A stretch of DNA of 64,000 nt from Lingula anatina (taxonomy: Eukaryota > Animalia > Brachiopoda), in NCBI GenBank assembly GCA_051362555.1, contig CM120647.1, forward strand, positions 4,774,001 through 4,838,000, in the 5' to 3' direction. The notes beneath the pieces were generated by a model that was given only the letters and a program-made list of their open reading frames with translations, made no database searches and was not told the origin of the DNA. Position 1 is the first letter of the stretch. Each line of letters begins with the position of its first letter. Shown in pieces: positions 36,512-50,000 of the stretch. The position numbers were made by a program, and so were the translations under genes.

Positions 36512-37799
36512 CTGTAGAAGACGACTTAGCCGGTAAGCTTTTTTCATCTGATAGCATACGTCGGGTACCGTGCTAGTTTATCAATTGTAAATCTGAGGTT
36601 TTGGCTACGTTAATTGTAGTGGAGAAAACCCTTTAATCCTCGTCTGCCAAGTGCATCCTCTACAGTTATCACAATTCAGTCTGCATATACCAGTAATAAA
36701 AAATCCTTTTCGTTTCCGACAATAACTCTTGGACGTGGTAATGTTAGTAATAAACTGTAAACGATTCGTCTGACCAATTCGTGACTAGCATTTTCTGCCT
36801 TTTGTATTCTAATCAGAACATTACATCTGCCTAATATTAGGAGGAAATCGTGATAATCCCTGTGTCAATAAAAAAATAACATACGTATAATTTTAAAATG
36901 AGTGCCTTTTTCTCCTTTTATCAAAATCATAATAAATATATGTAAATAGATAAATAAACGGCGAACTGATCTAAGAAAAGCACGGCAAATTTCTTTAACT
37001 TAGGTGCACATTTTGCTCCCCTTCAAAAGTGTTCTTTACGAGTTTCATTTTGGTCCTAATACATAATCGAAAAGTATCGACGTTCTTCGGTATATTTATC
37101 CCAACTGCCGAACTCGAATACAGTTTTCCTTGTTTTTATTTAATTTTATTTGTTTTAAGACGGGTCCTGAGATATTCCACGTGGATCCGCAAACTTATGT
37201 AAACTATTCGCACGGTTCCCGACTAAAGATACGTGCAATTTACCGAAAAATGTTTTTTATCCATTATCGCAGATTCATTTTTAAGTAAAGAAGGAAATGG
37301 ATGTTGGTTATTTCATTGATTCTGGTTTCTACTTTGCACGGTTATAATAATTTCCGACAAAAAAGATCAGCGAAATTACTTCTAAAACGTCGACGTTAAC
37401 CAGTGACCCACGGCGGACGCGGTGTATCCATAGTAACAGCGCTAAATTTATTTCAATGGATCCATTTATCTGCGAACATTTTATGAATCAGGTTGTTGAT
37501 TGGATAAAGCTTATAAAACTGTGCATTGTGGATTGTATCCACTTCCTGATCAATAAATGAATAAACATTGTATTTTTGACAGATGCGTAACGTATACAGG
37601 GTATATAGCGCCATTCTGATTGCAAGCGCATCAGAGGCTATACATTTGTGTATGATTTAAACGTAAGTGGTTTAATATCCACAGGTGGCTTCTGTGGTAA
37701 CTATTCTCGTGACATTGAAGGAGAGGAAGTGTGTGCTGGTTTTCAATGTCAAAAATAGCTTGGCTCAATCCCAATCTCAAATTTCTCCCTCTCATGACC

Positions 37800-37834
<35 letters not shown>

Positions 37835-38501
37835 ATTCTATTCTAATTAGGTTATTGCACCATCTGTATACAAACTAAAAAAAAAAAAAATTATATTCTG
37901 CCTTATTGCCTTTCATTTCTGAATATTTTAGGAACTAACATACCTAAGACATTCATAGAACAATTACGTAAGATGTGTACGTAATAAGTGCTCTTAGATT
38001 TTTCATGAAGATACACTGTAATATTCCACATCAGCCCCCTTAGTCATCCTTAAAAAGCAAGGAACGCCTAGCCACCGTTTTTGTTTCCGCCACGCCTCCA
38101 TCACGCTTCGCTTGCTTTGATGAAATCTCAATCCTGTCGGTAACTACACTATGCCCCCCCCCCCACCCCCCGAAAAAAAGTGCAAGCAGAATGGTGCACC
38201 CGGAATCTTATTGAGAAATACAGACAGGCCAGTAAAAGCAGTGCCAGCAACATTTTTCTTTTCTCCATCATAAATTTCTTTTCTCCATCATCAATGGATA
38301 TATATTAGTTAATTGGTTATATTCTTAGGTCCTTTGAAGATGAGTATACAATGCTTAAAGCGATTTACCATCAGATTCTTTATATGTTTATATTCATATA
38401 CAATATTCATGAACTAATAAATATATTAAAAAGGTGTTGTTATCACGATCGATCAACAGATATGCCTGGGGCATCCGAAAACTAAAGAAACTTGTACGCA
38501 G

Positions 38502-38543
<42 letters not shown>

Positions 38544-39638
38544 TTTATCCCCGTTTTCATTTATTTCTTACCGAAATGACATGTACAATTATTTTCATCA
38601 GTAATGATTTCGACGACTACAACTGCAGATAATAATAATAATAATACTACTAATAATAATAATGTATTTATTCGCATTTTTTCATTATTTAATGTCTTGA
38701 TTCCATGTTCAGTAGACAAATCTAATGAAGGCTTATACATAAGAATGATTATATATACAATTAAAGTTTGACGTCTGAAATAATAATTTAAAGTAAAATG
38801 TTTAAAAAGTACTTAAAGTAAAACATTAAAAGTAATACAGTTACAAAAATCCAATATTTCTTTCATACAGTCTATTTCAAACATAAATAAATTATGCATA
38901 AAACATCTTAACATTTGTTCTAACCTGCTTTTAAAATGATTCTCATGGTTGTACTGGGTTATAATGTGTAATTCATTAAGTCCAAACCTAACACAAACTG
39001 CAACAGAAATTGCACAAGTAAGAACAAGAAGAAGATAAAATCTATGACTTAAAAAGCTCCTTGGCTGGGCCACAGGCGGAAAATACAATACATGGAGTTC
39101 TGTGCTAATGTTATAAAGGGATGACATGACATTTTGGCATTTATTTCAACCGTGTTGCTCCATTAAAGAGTAGTTATACATTAGATTAGAGTTATATTAT
39201 TAGATTATAAAATGCAGTATGCGTTTAACTTAAATTTTAAATAAAATCCTAGCCCAAACTGGTAACCAGTGCAGCTGCTAGCAAACTGAAGTATTGTGGT
39301 AATTTTAAGGTGGAAAGAATGGAAGTCAGGGCTATATACTCTGCATGCGTTGTAATATTTAATCTTACCATGTGGACATCCATATAATACAAAATTAAAA
39401 ATCAAAGTTAACCAGCTTATAACTGCTGCTTGTATAAGTTGTATAAGTTGTAACGTATATGTAGCTCCATTGATTCACGTATTTCCTCACAATTTATTCC
39501 GAATATTGATTGATTGATTCACGTATTTCCTCACAATTTATTCCGAATATTGAATAAACGAGACTACCGGTAAATAATGTTCGAGATCTGTTTTCCATTG
39601 AAAGTGAAGAATCAAAATAAAGCCCTGTTGTTTACCTA

Positions 39639-39687
<49 letters not shown>

Positions 39688-39776
39688 CCTTGTCACTCAG
39701 CGTTTTAAATGCCCCCTCTTTTAATCAAATTGTTTTATTTATAAATAATTGAGAATGCATCAGTTTAAATGCACTG

Positions 39777-39840
<64 letters not shown>

Positions 39841-40520
39841 AGGTGTAAAATGTGATACTTTGATATTTTACAGTTGTTGTTTCACGTCTGTAGAATAATC
39901 CTTTATTTTTTACTTGTAGGTCGTTATTACATTTCTGACGCTACGGCCATCAGTCATGTACCCGCCCAGAAGCTGTAAAAAATTACAATTCGGAAGTCAC
40001 ACGTTAGGAAGTGTCTTTCAAAGACCCTCTTCATCCTCAAAATGTACTTCGTTATCTGACTCGTCTGAGCGTTGTCTTTCTTCCTGATAATACTCCCCAG
40101 CATCAAGCTTCCTTTGCAATCTCGGAGGCAATTTCTTGTAAAATGGTGTTCCTAACGTATAAAGTTTAACACGCTACATTATATGAATATACGGGTCGTA
40201 GTTAGATTTAATTTAAAATCATATTACCACAAAATTCGGCTTTTGAAGCAATAGCCTCAAATACCCATTTGCATAATTTGTTAAAGGGGGAAATATATTT
40301 GTTCCTGAAAAAAAAAAACATTTTGGGGGCTAACAGTAGAGGAGTTAATGCTTTAAGATTATTATTAACTCCACAGTCATCAAACAAAGATAAAAACGGT
40401 TCAATGCATGCAATATCGAACATGCATATGAAAGGAAATTGACCAGAAAGAAAAAAATGTCACAAATACAGTCAATATAGATCAACCTTTTACATACACA
40501 AACACATATAACAATATCAA

Positions 40521-43500
40521 TTATTTAATACCTTTTATGCCCATTGGAAGAAACTCGCCAGCATCTTTGACTCTCCCGTTTTCTTCATAATGTGATATCA
40601 GCTTTTTTAACGTGGTATTACATCTAAGTAGCTTCTTATTTCCTGAAATTAAAATAAGTTACGACGTCACGGGAATCCTCATCTTTACGGCATATATAAA
40701 TATCCCTTCACGATGTTTCTCTTCAGTGGAAGCGCTTTATGTGAAGCTACGTCTAGCTTCGATTTTGTTACAGTGTACTTTGACGGTGGCTTACTTTTAT
40801 TTTACAATTATATCCAACAATACAGTCAAAATAGGTTAAAGATAAAATATTTTGACAAAATTGTCATAAAGCTATATTCAAACAGAAATCATATCGCAGA
40901 TAACAGAAAGCTGTATATTACACATTGTTCACATAAATAGTTGTTTTTTTACAAGCTTAATTATCACAATCCGATTTCTCAAAAGCACTTCAGTAACACT
41001 TTCGTCCATTATTTCAATTTGTTTCATCTCATCACATTTCCAAACGGAATTCTATTTTGCTTAAGAGCATATGGTCCTTGCAGTTACCAATAATAATCAG
41101 GAATGTTCTTGGGCGAGTAAGTGCCACGTTAATCTGATTGTCATCTGTTATAAAGCCAAGGTTGACCTTACACCAGCCCTTGGTTGGCCTTTGAACAATC
41201 TGGTACTCTGGGATGGAACGGACAGTGCTGAAGATGACGATGTCCCATTCTCCACCTGGTGGAATGAAAAAATATGAATGCATTGTACATGAATCAAGGG
41301 ATTTCAAAAAACCAATGGTCGAGTCTGCAGTCAGCTAATGCTGCAGAGGACCAGTACTGCTTTTAACAGCGCACTGATACCTAAGACTGGGTTCCCATAC
41401 CCAGATCGATCTAACAAGGGTTTCTAGGTAAATTGCTTTTACCTTAAGCGGTCTAGATGTCTGACACGCCTATTGAAACTAATAAACGATAATTAATTAC
41501 CCCTAGCAGCTTCAGTATAGGCGTGTCAAATAACTAAGCCGCTTAAGTTGATTGTAATTTAGCAAGGAATATCTCGGAGATAGATCGATCTGTAGTTAGT
41601 ACGATAGGGTCTGGTAATAGTCCCTTATATGGGTGACGGAGTTTTTGTTCTGGAGTCGGTGGCGGTCGTATTTGTAATCTAAGGCTTTGCCGTTGACAAT
41701 TGCAAAAACTGAATCTACATGAAGCTAGAAATTTGCCTCCCATTACTTTTATTAGGTTAACCCCTACTAAAACTTTGCAGCAACGAGTTTACAAGAAAAA
41801 ATATATTGCTGCTGATTTGCAGCCATTTTACAGCATACTTACTGCAAGTTTGCAAAAAAGAATTGCAGTTTGCAGCAATATTGCAGCCTGATAAATTGCT
41901 AAGGGAAGAGGTGTGTATGTGACAATGTTACATTGGTAATGAAGTTCTTAGCCAGGGCTTTGTTGTTGTTGTTGTTGTTGTTGTTTGCTTGTGCGTGTGT
42001 GTGTGTGTGTGTGAAACCTGGTCTTACCCTGACTAGCCACCACCGTGCTCACTTGAACACCCTCGCCATGCCGTGCTTTTAGCGCCTTCTCGATCCCGTT
42101 GACTTGCGCCCTATATTGAGACAGTACCATGATGTTCGCTTTGGGTAAGTTCAGGGATGTCTTGCTCACCAAGATGCTGTAGATGCGTTCCTTGTGAAGT
42201 ATAGAGAGGGATGTATTCAAACTTGAAAGCATTTAAATGTCTTCAGCCAAGATGGGCCAATATTATACAGTGCAGTTAATCTCAACGACCCGACTGGTTA
42301 CGATTACCATTGCAAATGGGGTTATTCCAATCTCCCTGCTGCCCCACTCACAAATGCACCGAGGGAACATTACCGTGTACTTTCTTTTTGTAAGGTTAAA
42401 ATAACCATGTGTCAATTACTGAGGCGAGCTGCACCAGAATACTTGCACAGCGAATTGAGTAGAAATATGAAGACAGCAAACCGAACGCAAAGTTATAGAA
42501 AAAATGTAGGCCTTTATCGAAATTATTGAAAATGGCATATATTGTATTGCCCTTCTCCTCAAAGAAAGTTCTTCTCATGAAATTAATTTTGAATGGAGAA
42601 TGTATACTTTTGGCGACAAATATATACTAATATGTATCAGACATACTGTATAATGAAATGGCGTTAATTAGAATAATGGAAAAAATACTAACCACTTCCT
42701 GTATCTCATCCTGGTTTTTCTTGGACATTTCTCCGCCCTCTGGTGTCGAAATAACCATGCTCTCCTCCTCGCCCTCTACGTGGCACATCACGAAGCGTTT
42801 GTCTTCTATCAGCATTCGACCTTGTCTTATTCTAGGCCAAAGTACCTCGGCTGCTGGGGTGAAATCCCTGAACATTGGATCACTGGCAAATCTCAGAACA
42901 GGCGGACTATACAGTTGACCACGGTAAAATTCAGTCGACGGAAAGTAGCATATATCTGGATGCTAAATGAATAAATGTATACGACAATAATTCACCTATA
43001 CACTTTTTTTTACTAAATAAAATTTTTGAGTCTGAGGATCGTAAGCTGTCAACCAGAAGACTGGTAAATAAATAAATGAAAATCGAGAGCAACATAACTA
43101 TGAATGTATATCTTAATGATGGGGGACTGATAAGGTATACTCCCTGCAAAAATTTATCATGGCTTTGCATGCTCTTTGAAAAGATGGCAAAAAAAGTCAC
43201 GACAATTGCGTACGTACCATTCTGTACTGCTTGTTCAGCATGATCGTTTGCGTAGGAAACTGCGTAGCATATCTCTCAAACAAAGACCTTTCCAATCCCA
43301 TGTCCCGCGCAAGCTGATTTAATACTATCGGTCTTAGTTGCATGTGGTCTCCAATAAGCACGATTTGCTTAGCTTTTGAGTGCACGATTGGCACGAGACA
43401 ATCAGGCTCGACACACATGCCACTTTCGTCCACAATGCATTGCTCTATAATCCCCGATCTTAGAACAGCATTACTTCCGGCCGTGGTGCACGTGCAGAGG

Positions 43501-43903
43501 ATGACATCATGTTGCTTTATTTCATCCTCTTCCGCTTGCGCCACGAGCCATTTGTAGCGGTTTATTATTGCAAGAGAGACGTCATTCTTGACAGGGTCTT
43601 CGAAAAAAGATTTAAATTTGGCATCCAGTTCTAAAATGTCTTTAGATATTTTAGTTCCCTTGGAACGAATTAAATGGTGAAGGGCGATATCCTTGTGTCG
43701 TTCAGTAGAAACGGCATCCTTTGCTCGCGGCAGATCCGGTTCTTTGGGAATAGGAAAGTCACGGGTCACCAAACTCTTCCCGTACACGCGAAGGATCTTT
43801 GGGCAGATGCTGGGTCGTTCGTCGTTTGAGTCGTATTGCTGTGGGGAAAATTTCCTTTTGAAGAAATCTATAAAAGAGCATTGACATCAGTGTTATTTTC
43901 CTG

Positions 43904-43959
<56 letters not shown>

Positions 43960-44055
43960 CAATAAAATAATAATATTTGATATCAAATATCAATTTATAC
44001 TTTGGAAGGAGTCGTTGTATTCTGCCTGCATACCGACAGTACAGTATTACACACA

Positions 44056-44090
<35 letters not shown>

Positions 44091-47000
44091 ACTTTGCCCA
44101 ATAACCAGCCATGAGAGTGAGAGCTCCCACATAGCAAAATTCCAATTCCGATCCTGGTACAGTTCTTACTTATATACAGTTGCGTTCAGAAAGAATGTCA
44201 CAATACCAAAAATAACACTTTTTAACAAAGCAACTGGTTACTTTTTATAACGCCGCCCCTCTTTTATGAATCGTGTTATTTGAACACAATTCATGTTTGC
44301 TCATTGCGTTATCAACACACAATAGTATGGTGTTTCATTGCAGCATGGGGTGTTATCCCCTGTCTAAGCAGACTGAGGTGTCAGCCCTAATACCCTTATC
44401 GCTATTAGCTAGATAGTTACTTTTGGTAACAAAAGGTAACAGACAGATAACAATCTGGAGCGTTCTTTACTGTAGTTTACTGTACATTTGATAATTTTAC
44501 AACACATAAGAAAATGTCTTTATACAATACCAGTGTGACAGGACGGGTAGTCGGCTAGGGACAGATATAACTCTGCCCCCCCCATTACTTTTTATGAGTG
44601 ACATTAGCCCCAATTGCTAACCCATACATTTATATATATATATAAGGAATAAAGTGCTGATCGACCTCCAATGATAGTTTTCTTTTCTCACGTGATGTGT
44701 TCACCGTTTGAATACAACGTCACCTGAATAACTCCCAAATGACCTTCCTCATAAGACACGTCATCATTGACCCGTTAAACGACAAGAGATACATTTATTA
44801 TTTTACCACCATTGGTAATGAGATAAAGAAATTGTGTATTTCATATTTTACCATCACTGAGGGGGATTTACATTAAGATGATGGGAAGGACTTTTACCAT
44901 AATCAGCGAGCTATTGTTGGTTGTTTATTTTCCGCTGAAAACAAATGATGGCAAATGATAATGCCACAGAAGGAAAGATTTTGAATGAGACAAAGTAGTT
45001 TCCAATATTGAAACCTTTCTATCAAAGAAACACATCGTCTGTATCAGACTGTGGCTAAAATGCAACCTTAAACCAACACTGCGGCTGCTGCGCATGCTGG
45101 GTCCTCATTTAACGGACGGCATGGATACCAAACACCTTGTCGCCATTCATGCAATTCTCATCCTTCTTTATTTGCGTTTTCCCTACCTGCAACCACATCA
45201 ACTGATTTGTTAGACGGTCCACAATACAGCACATGTTTTCTTTCTCCTGGGGAGTTTCTGCGATTCCATTCTACGAATAAGTAGGCCAGACGGATACCTG
45301 TAAGCGTTTTGCCTGTGCCTGGATACGAGAAATGGCATTGGTTAGTGAGGGGAATTTAAAATTAATTTAAGCAGACATTGCATGACATATTTTAAAACTA
45401 AAACAAACAGATTGATCATAAAAGACCAAGTGTTGGTAGGGAAGAATCCGCTCCAATCAATGAAATGCTTTTGTTAAAACATACTATGCCCTACTGTTTT
45501 GCTTCTGTTAAATACATACTTTGACTGTTAGTTGATCAATCTACCAAAAAGATAGAGGTAAAAATTAAAAAAGAGAGATATGCATATAGATACATTATAC
45601 ATCTAATTACCAATGTTAAAGCTTATCCAAAGCTTGACCTTTAAAGCAGAACTGCAGATTGGATATTTTGTCTTAAATAAAAAGTCTTCAATTTTTCATT
45701 CCTACTGCAGTCATTTAATGTATCTTCAAAACAACTAATTGTGTTTTTAAAAAATCTTCTAGTCAACCGTGTGACGTAACATTGGGATTTTTGAGACAAA
45801 AGCATCATTTTCGGCTTCCTGATTTCCTCAGGCACCTGAACAGCGATAAATATACTTTTAAACACGTGAATAAAGTACAAAGAACGGGTTGGGGGGGGGG
45901 GGGGGGGTTCTGTATAGACTTGCTGTTGATTTTATACATAAAACGTTATTTTAGCCCCATGTGAATATATCCCTACCTTAAATCATTTATAACTACATTA
46001 AAATTTCTTACAATACAAATACCTATTACAAAATATATAACAATTTGAATCAGACATAAAAGATCTTGCTTATATACCTGGTGGTCCCTGAATCAATGAG
46101 AATGGCTTCATTATGGCAGATATCACCGCTTCCCTTTGTTTCTCGTTGGCTCTCGGAAGATAATTCTCCAAGTAACGCCCTTTGGAATATTTAGTTTTTC
46201 TGTCAAGAAGATCTTCGGGTTTCACGCGAGATGATTCTCTTCCTTTTTTCATTTCCCTCTCTATCCTCTTTTTTGGGTCTTCCTCGTGGAGGTAGAAAAA
46301 TGCCTCTACATCTTTAAAGTCTGTGAAAAAATAATATACAGCAATGTAAGTATCGCATTTCAGCCAAACACCTGCGTTAACAATTTAACGCTAAAAATAC
46401 ACATAAATCGCCAGCGTTAAAAATCAACAAAAGCACCCACTTCTCAACGTCTGACAACAATTCTAACCGTACTGAACATCTTTCGTTTTATTTATATATC
46501 ACTTATTGATATTAATGTACTTCTTTGGAATTCCCCCAGATTTGAAAAACTTTGTCCTATATTTCAGTTTTGAAAGTTTGAGTTCTATCTAGACAGAGTG
46601 ATGACGGCAGCTGACAACAATACTGTAATGACTCGATCTTTTCAGTGGGTACAATTTACCTTTTTTCAGAAACATGTTTTTAGAATCATTACAGCGTAAA
46701 TTTAAATGTAGCATCTGTGGCGCTTTTTCTTTGCAGAAAATAGTTTGAATAACTCCTTTTTTTGTTTTATTGCACCCAAATAATAAGGACGTTCGAATTT
46801 TAAGTATAAATGAGTAAAGCAAATGTAAATTTTACATTTTCCCCATTGTAAAGATAAAGAGATTACTTTAAGCCATACAATTTGGGCATATAAAGGCACT
46901 GGTATAATAAGGCGGTAAACCTTTGCTTACCTCTATCGTTCATCACATCTCTGAGATTGGCTTTACCCAAAGCGATATTTCTAGCCAAAATGGTTGCTTC

Positions 47001-50000
47001 ACCAAGACTTCGCACCGCATTTTCCATTCGTCTTAAAATGATAGAATTACACAGACACAATTGTAAATGTAAGTTTGTATGTATGTATTTATGTATGTAT
47101 GTGTGTATGTAGGCCTATGTATGCAAGTACTTTTATGTGTGTATGTGTGCGCGTGCGTGTATACGTGGGTGTGTATGTGTGTGCGAGTTTTTGTTGCAAA
47201 AACTCAACAAGAATGTTCGGATTTTAGAAATTAATGCTATTGAATTTACTGTATCTGTAAATTGTGTGTGTGTGTGTGCAGAGAAGCTTTGTACCATCTG
47301 CTTTTTCACAGATCAAATGCTAATCCTTTACATACGGCAAACAACACAAAAAATAAACTAATTGTTATTTCAACTGAGGATTCAAAAGGACTGTTCAGAT
47401 CCTTTCCCAACTACAGAGTCATTTTGCAAATAATGTTTAGCTACATGGTTAAACACCAGGCACTGATGAAGTGCCACTATATGCAACACTGCACACAATT
47501 CATTGAAATTTCCCTTCTATGAAAAAAGATGAAATTCTTTAATGATGGCAATACATACACGGACGGCATTATTCTGTCAAGAAATTCCACTGTGGCTAAT
47601 TTCGGATTGGATTTGGACTTGATCGTCTCCGGAATGATACCATCATGGAGTTTAAAAACCACCCTCTTGTCCCTGCGTCTAACATGCACAATCAGACCAT
47701 GTCCCAACCACGTGGACTCTGCGTCTGAGTTGTACTGCGGCAAACAGATGCTTCTAGATGACGGCTTGTTATGAGAGGACTGATGGTCAACGGGGCAATC
47801 GCCAGTAGCACCACTGTCACTGACGCATTGGGAGTCAGGCTGAATGTTGCGGTATACAATGCACACATACCCTCTGTACTCGCCGGTGTCTACTATTCTA
47901 TCAGGGTTAGCGGCTGCATCGCCGTCATCTTCCTGGCTGGAGGAAAGCCTGATACCCCGGTCTTCGCAGAAGGTGTCTCCTAGCACTACGCTCCCATACC
48001 AGTTCCTATTTTTCTTCATCCACGATACTCTCACGTTTTGGACGGTCAAAGAAACTTCGTCTATGACAGCCGCTTGTGCGCCCTCTATCTGCAGTAGAGG
48101 GATTAGTGTTGACTGATAGGTCTTCTCGTCTGTATATTTCATTTGTAGAGGTTTTACTGGGGAAATGTCACAAAAACAGGCCACAGGGTCGTCGTGGTGT
48201 TTTAAGCAGATGTGCACATTGGGCGACAGGCTCATTAGAGACAGCCTGGGACATAGAGATCCTCTATGGAACTTTACCTGAGCTAGAACTCGGACAACTG
48301 TCCCAAGGCTCATTTTTAGCTGAAACTTAGATTCCTTATTTGCGATAGTCCCGTCTCTGTTGCGATAGGCATCGGTGTTTATGTTGACAATGAATTTTTT
48401 TTCTCTTTGAGCCTCGCTAGCTATATTTTTCTGTTTCTTTTGGATCAATGTCGAAAGAGCCTGGGAATTTTGTTGGCTAACAGCCTCAATGATGTCGTCC
48501 CACACACGTATAGGCAACGGAGTCAGAAACTGATTTGGGTTAACATCGTGCCAATCCTGGGCGTGTTGTTTTTGCCCTTCCCCGTCCGGGGGTTTTGGAA
48601 ATGCCACCCTGTCATATAACTTCTTCTTCCATCTTAGAGGACAAAACTGGACATGCGCACCTGTGTCTTGCTCTAAATTGGGTCTCTTGTTCAGGCCCAT
48701 AGACCCAAAGCGCAGTCTGAGATGCCTCGAGGGGATGTCTTTACAACACGGTAAGCGTAGCTGGATAAAGGAATCGTCAAATGCAGTCACTATTGGAAGT
48801 ATGGTGCTCGTCGTGTTCTCTTTCAACTGGAGGCAGAATTGCATGAGTTCACATGCACCATGGAACTTCTTCGCTTTCTTGTGGAGCGCATTCATCTCCT
48901 TGCAAATTTCTTCCAATTCTTCTTGGGTATAAGGCGGAGTGTCATCTGCCTTGTCAAGCATGGCGTGAACAAAACGGTGAACTACGATGTCCACGTATCT
49001 TCGTATCGGAGACGTAAACCAAGTGTAGTCCGTCTTGTTCAGTCCGTGGTGCCTTTTATACTGGGATGGGATGGCAGCGGAACTGTAAGCCGCCATTCGG
49101 GTCGGTCGTTGGAGTTCGATAAGGTTCCAGTGTGCACTGTATATTAAGGGAGCATGCTGTTCTCTGGAAAATATATCCAAAAGTTCCTGCCCACCACCCT
49201 TCCTGGAAACCTCAAGTGCTTTCTTCCACACTGCTTCCCTCACATGCAGTGTACCCAACTGCCCCTGCTATTGGACCTGCTTTAACCCTGTGTCATATTT
49301 TCGTCGGTAATTTTTCAATGTAGTGGAGTGCTTGGCTACTTGGTTGAACTCCTTTTGCCACATTTGCAAAGCTGAATCCATAGGAGGGTCTTGTACCAGT
49401 AGAAGAACATGTTGAAATGATTCGCCAAGGGATTGCCCTATGGTCACGTTAGCCAAGATCATGAATTCCTCCACAGTCACGTGAGCCATAGGGGCACCGC
49501 TGTCCTGAAATTGGTTAAAAGCAGACCCCTCTTTCAATCGATGGGCGCGACATTTACTTGCGATGTGATGTAATTTTTTCAAAGCGTTGCTTATTTCATT
49601 TTCAAGTCCTGTCCCGCACAGTATCACCTCTGCTTCTTCATAGGATAATTTCTGTTTCGATTTCACCACCGTTCTCTTAATGGTAGGTTTGAAATTGTAG
49701 GTTTTATCAAAATCGAAGAATACTGAAAGTGCCAGCCTGTCCTCACCCTCGACGAGACTACACATGGATGTTGTGAGTTCATCCGGTAGCATATATATGC
49801 GTGGTTGATCACTGGGAGGATAAAAGCTGACACCTCGTGCTCGAGCCACTTTGTCGATCAGGTCATCCTTCTTAACAAAATACGTGACGTCAGCAATGTG
49901 AACCCCAATGCGTGTACAGTCGACCCCTATATCTTCAATACTCAATGCGTCGTCCATATCTCGTGTATCTGCGGAGTCAATTGTCAGGGTCACCACGCCC

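Larger units (their letters stand above)
24040..41945. repeat. Tandem segmental duplication, copy B (contains the 3' end of the full-length HELZ2-like gene)
   Basis: Direct-orientation homology to copy A. Boundaries are approximate. Confidence 0.9.

Noticed and set aside
49268-49276. 9-nt GT..AG micro-intron (GTCCAATAG) that would remove the premature stop
   Set aside because: Far too short for spliceosomal removal.
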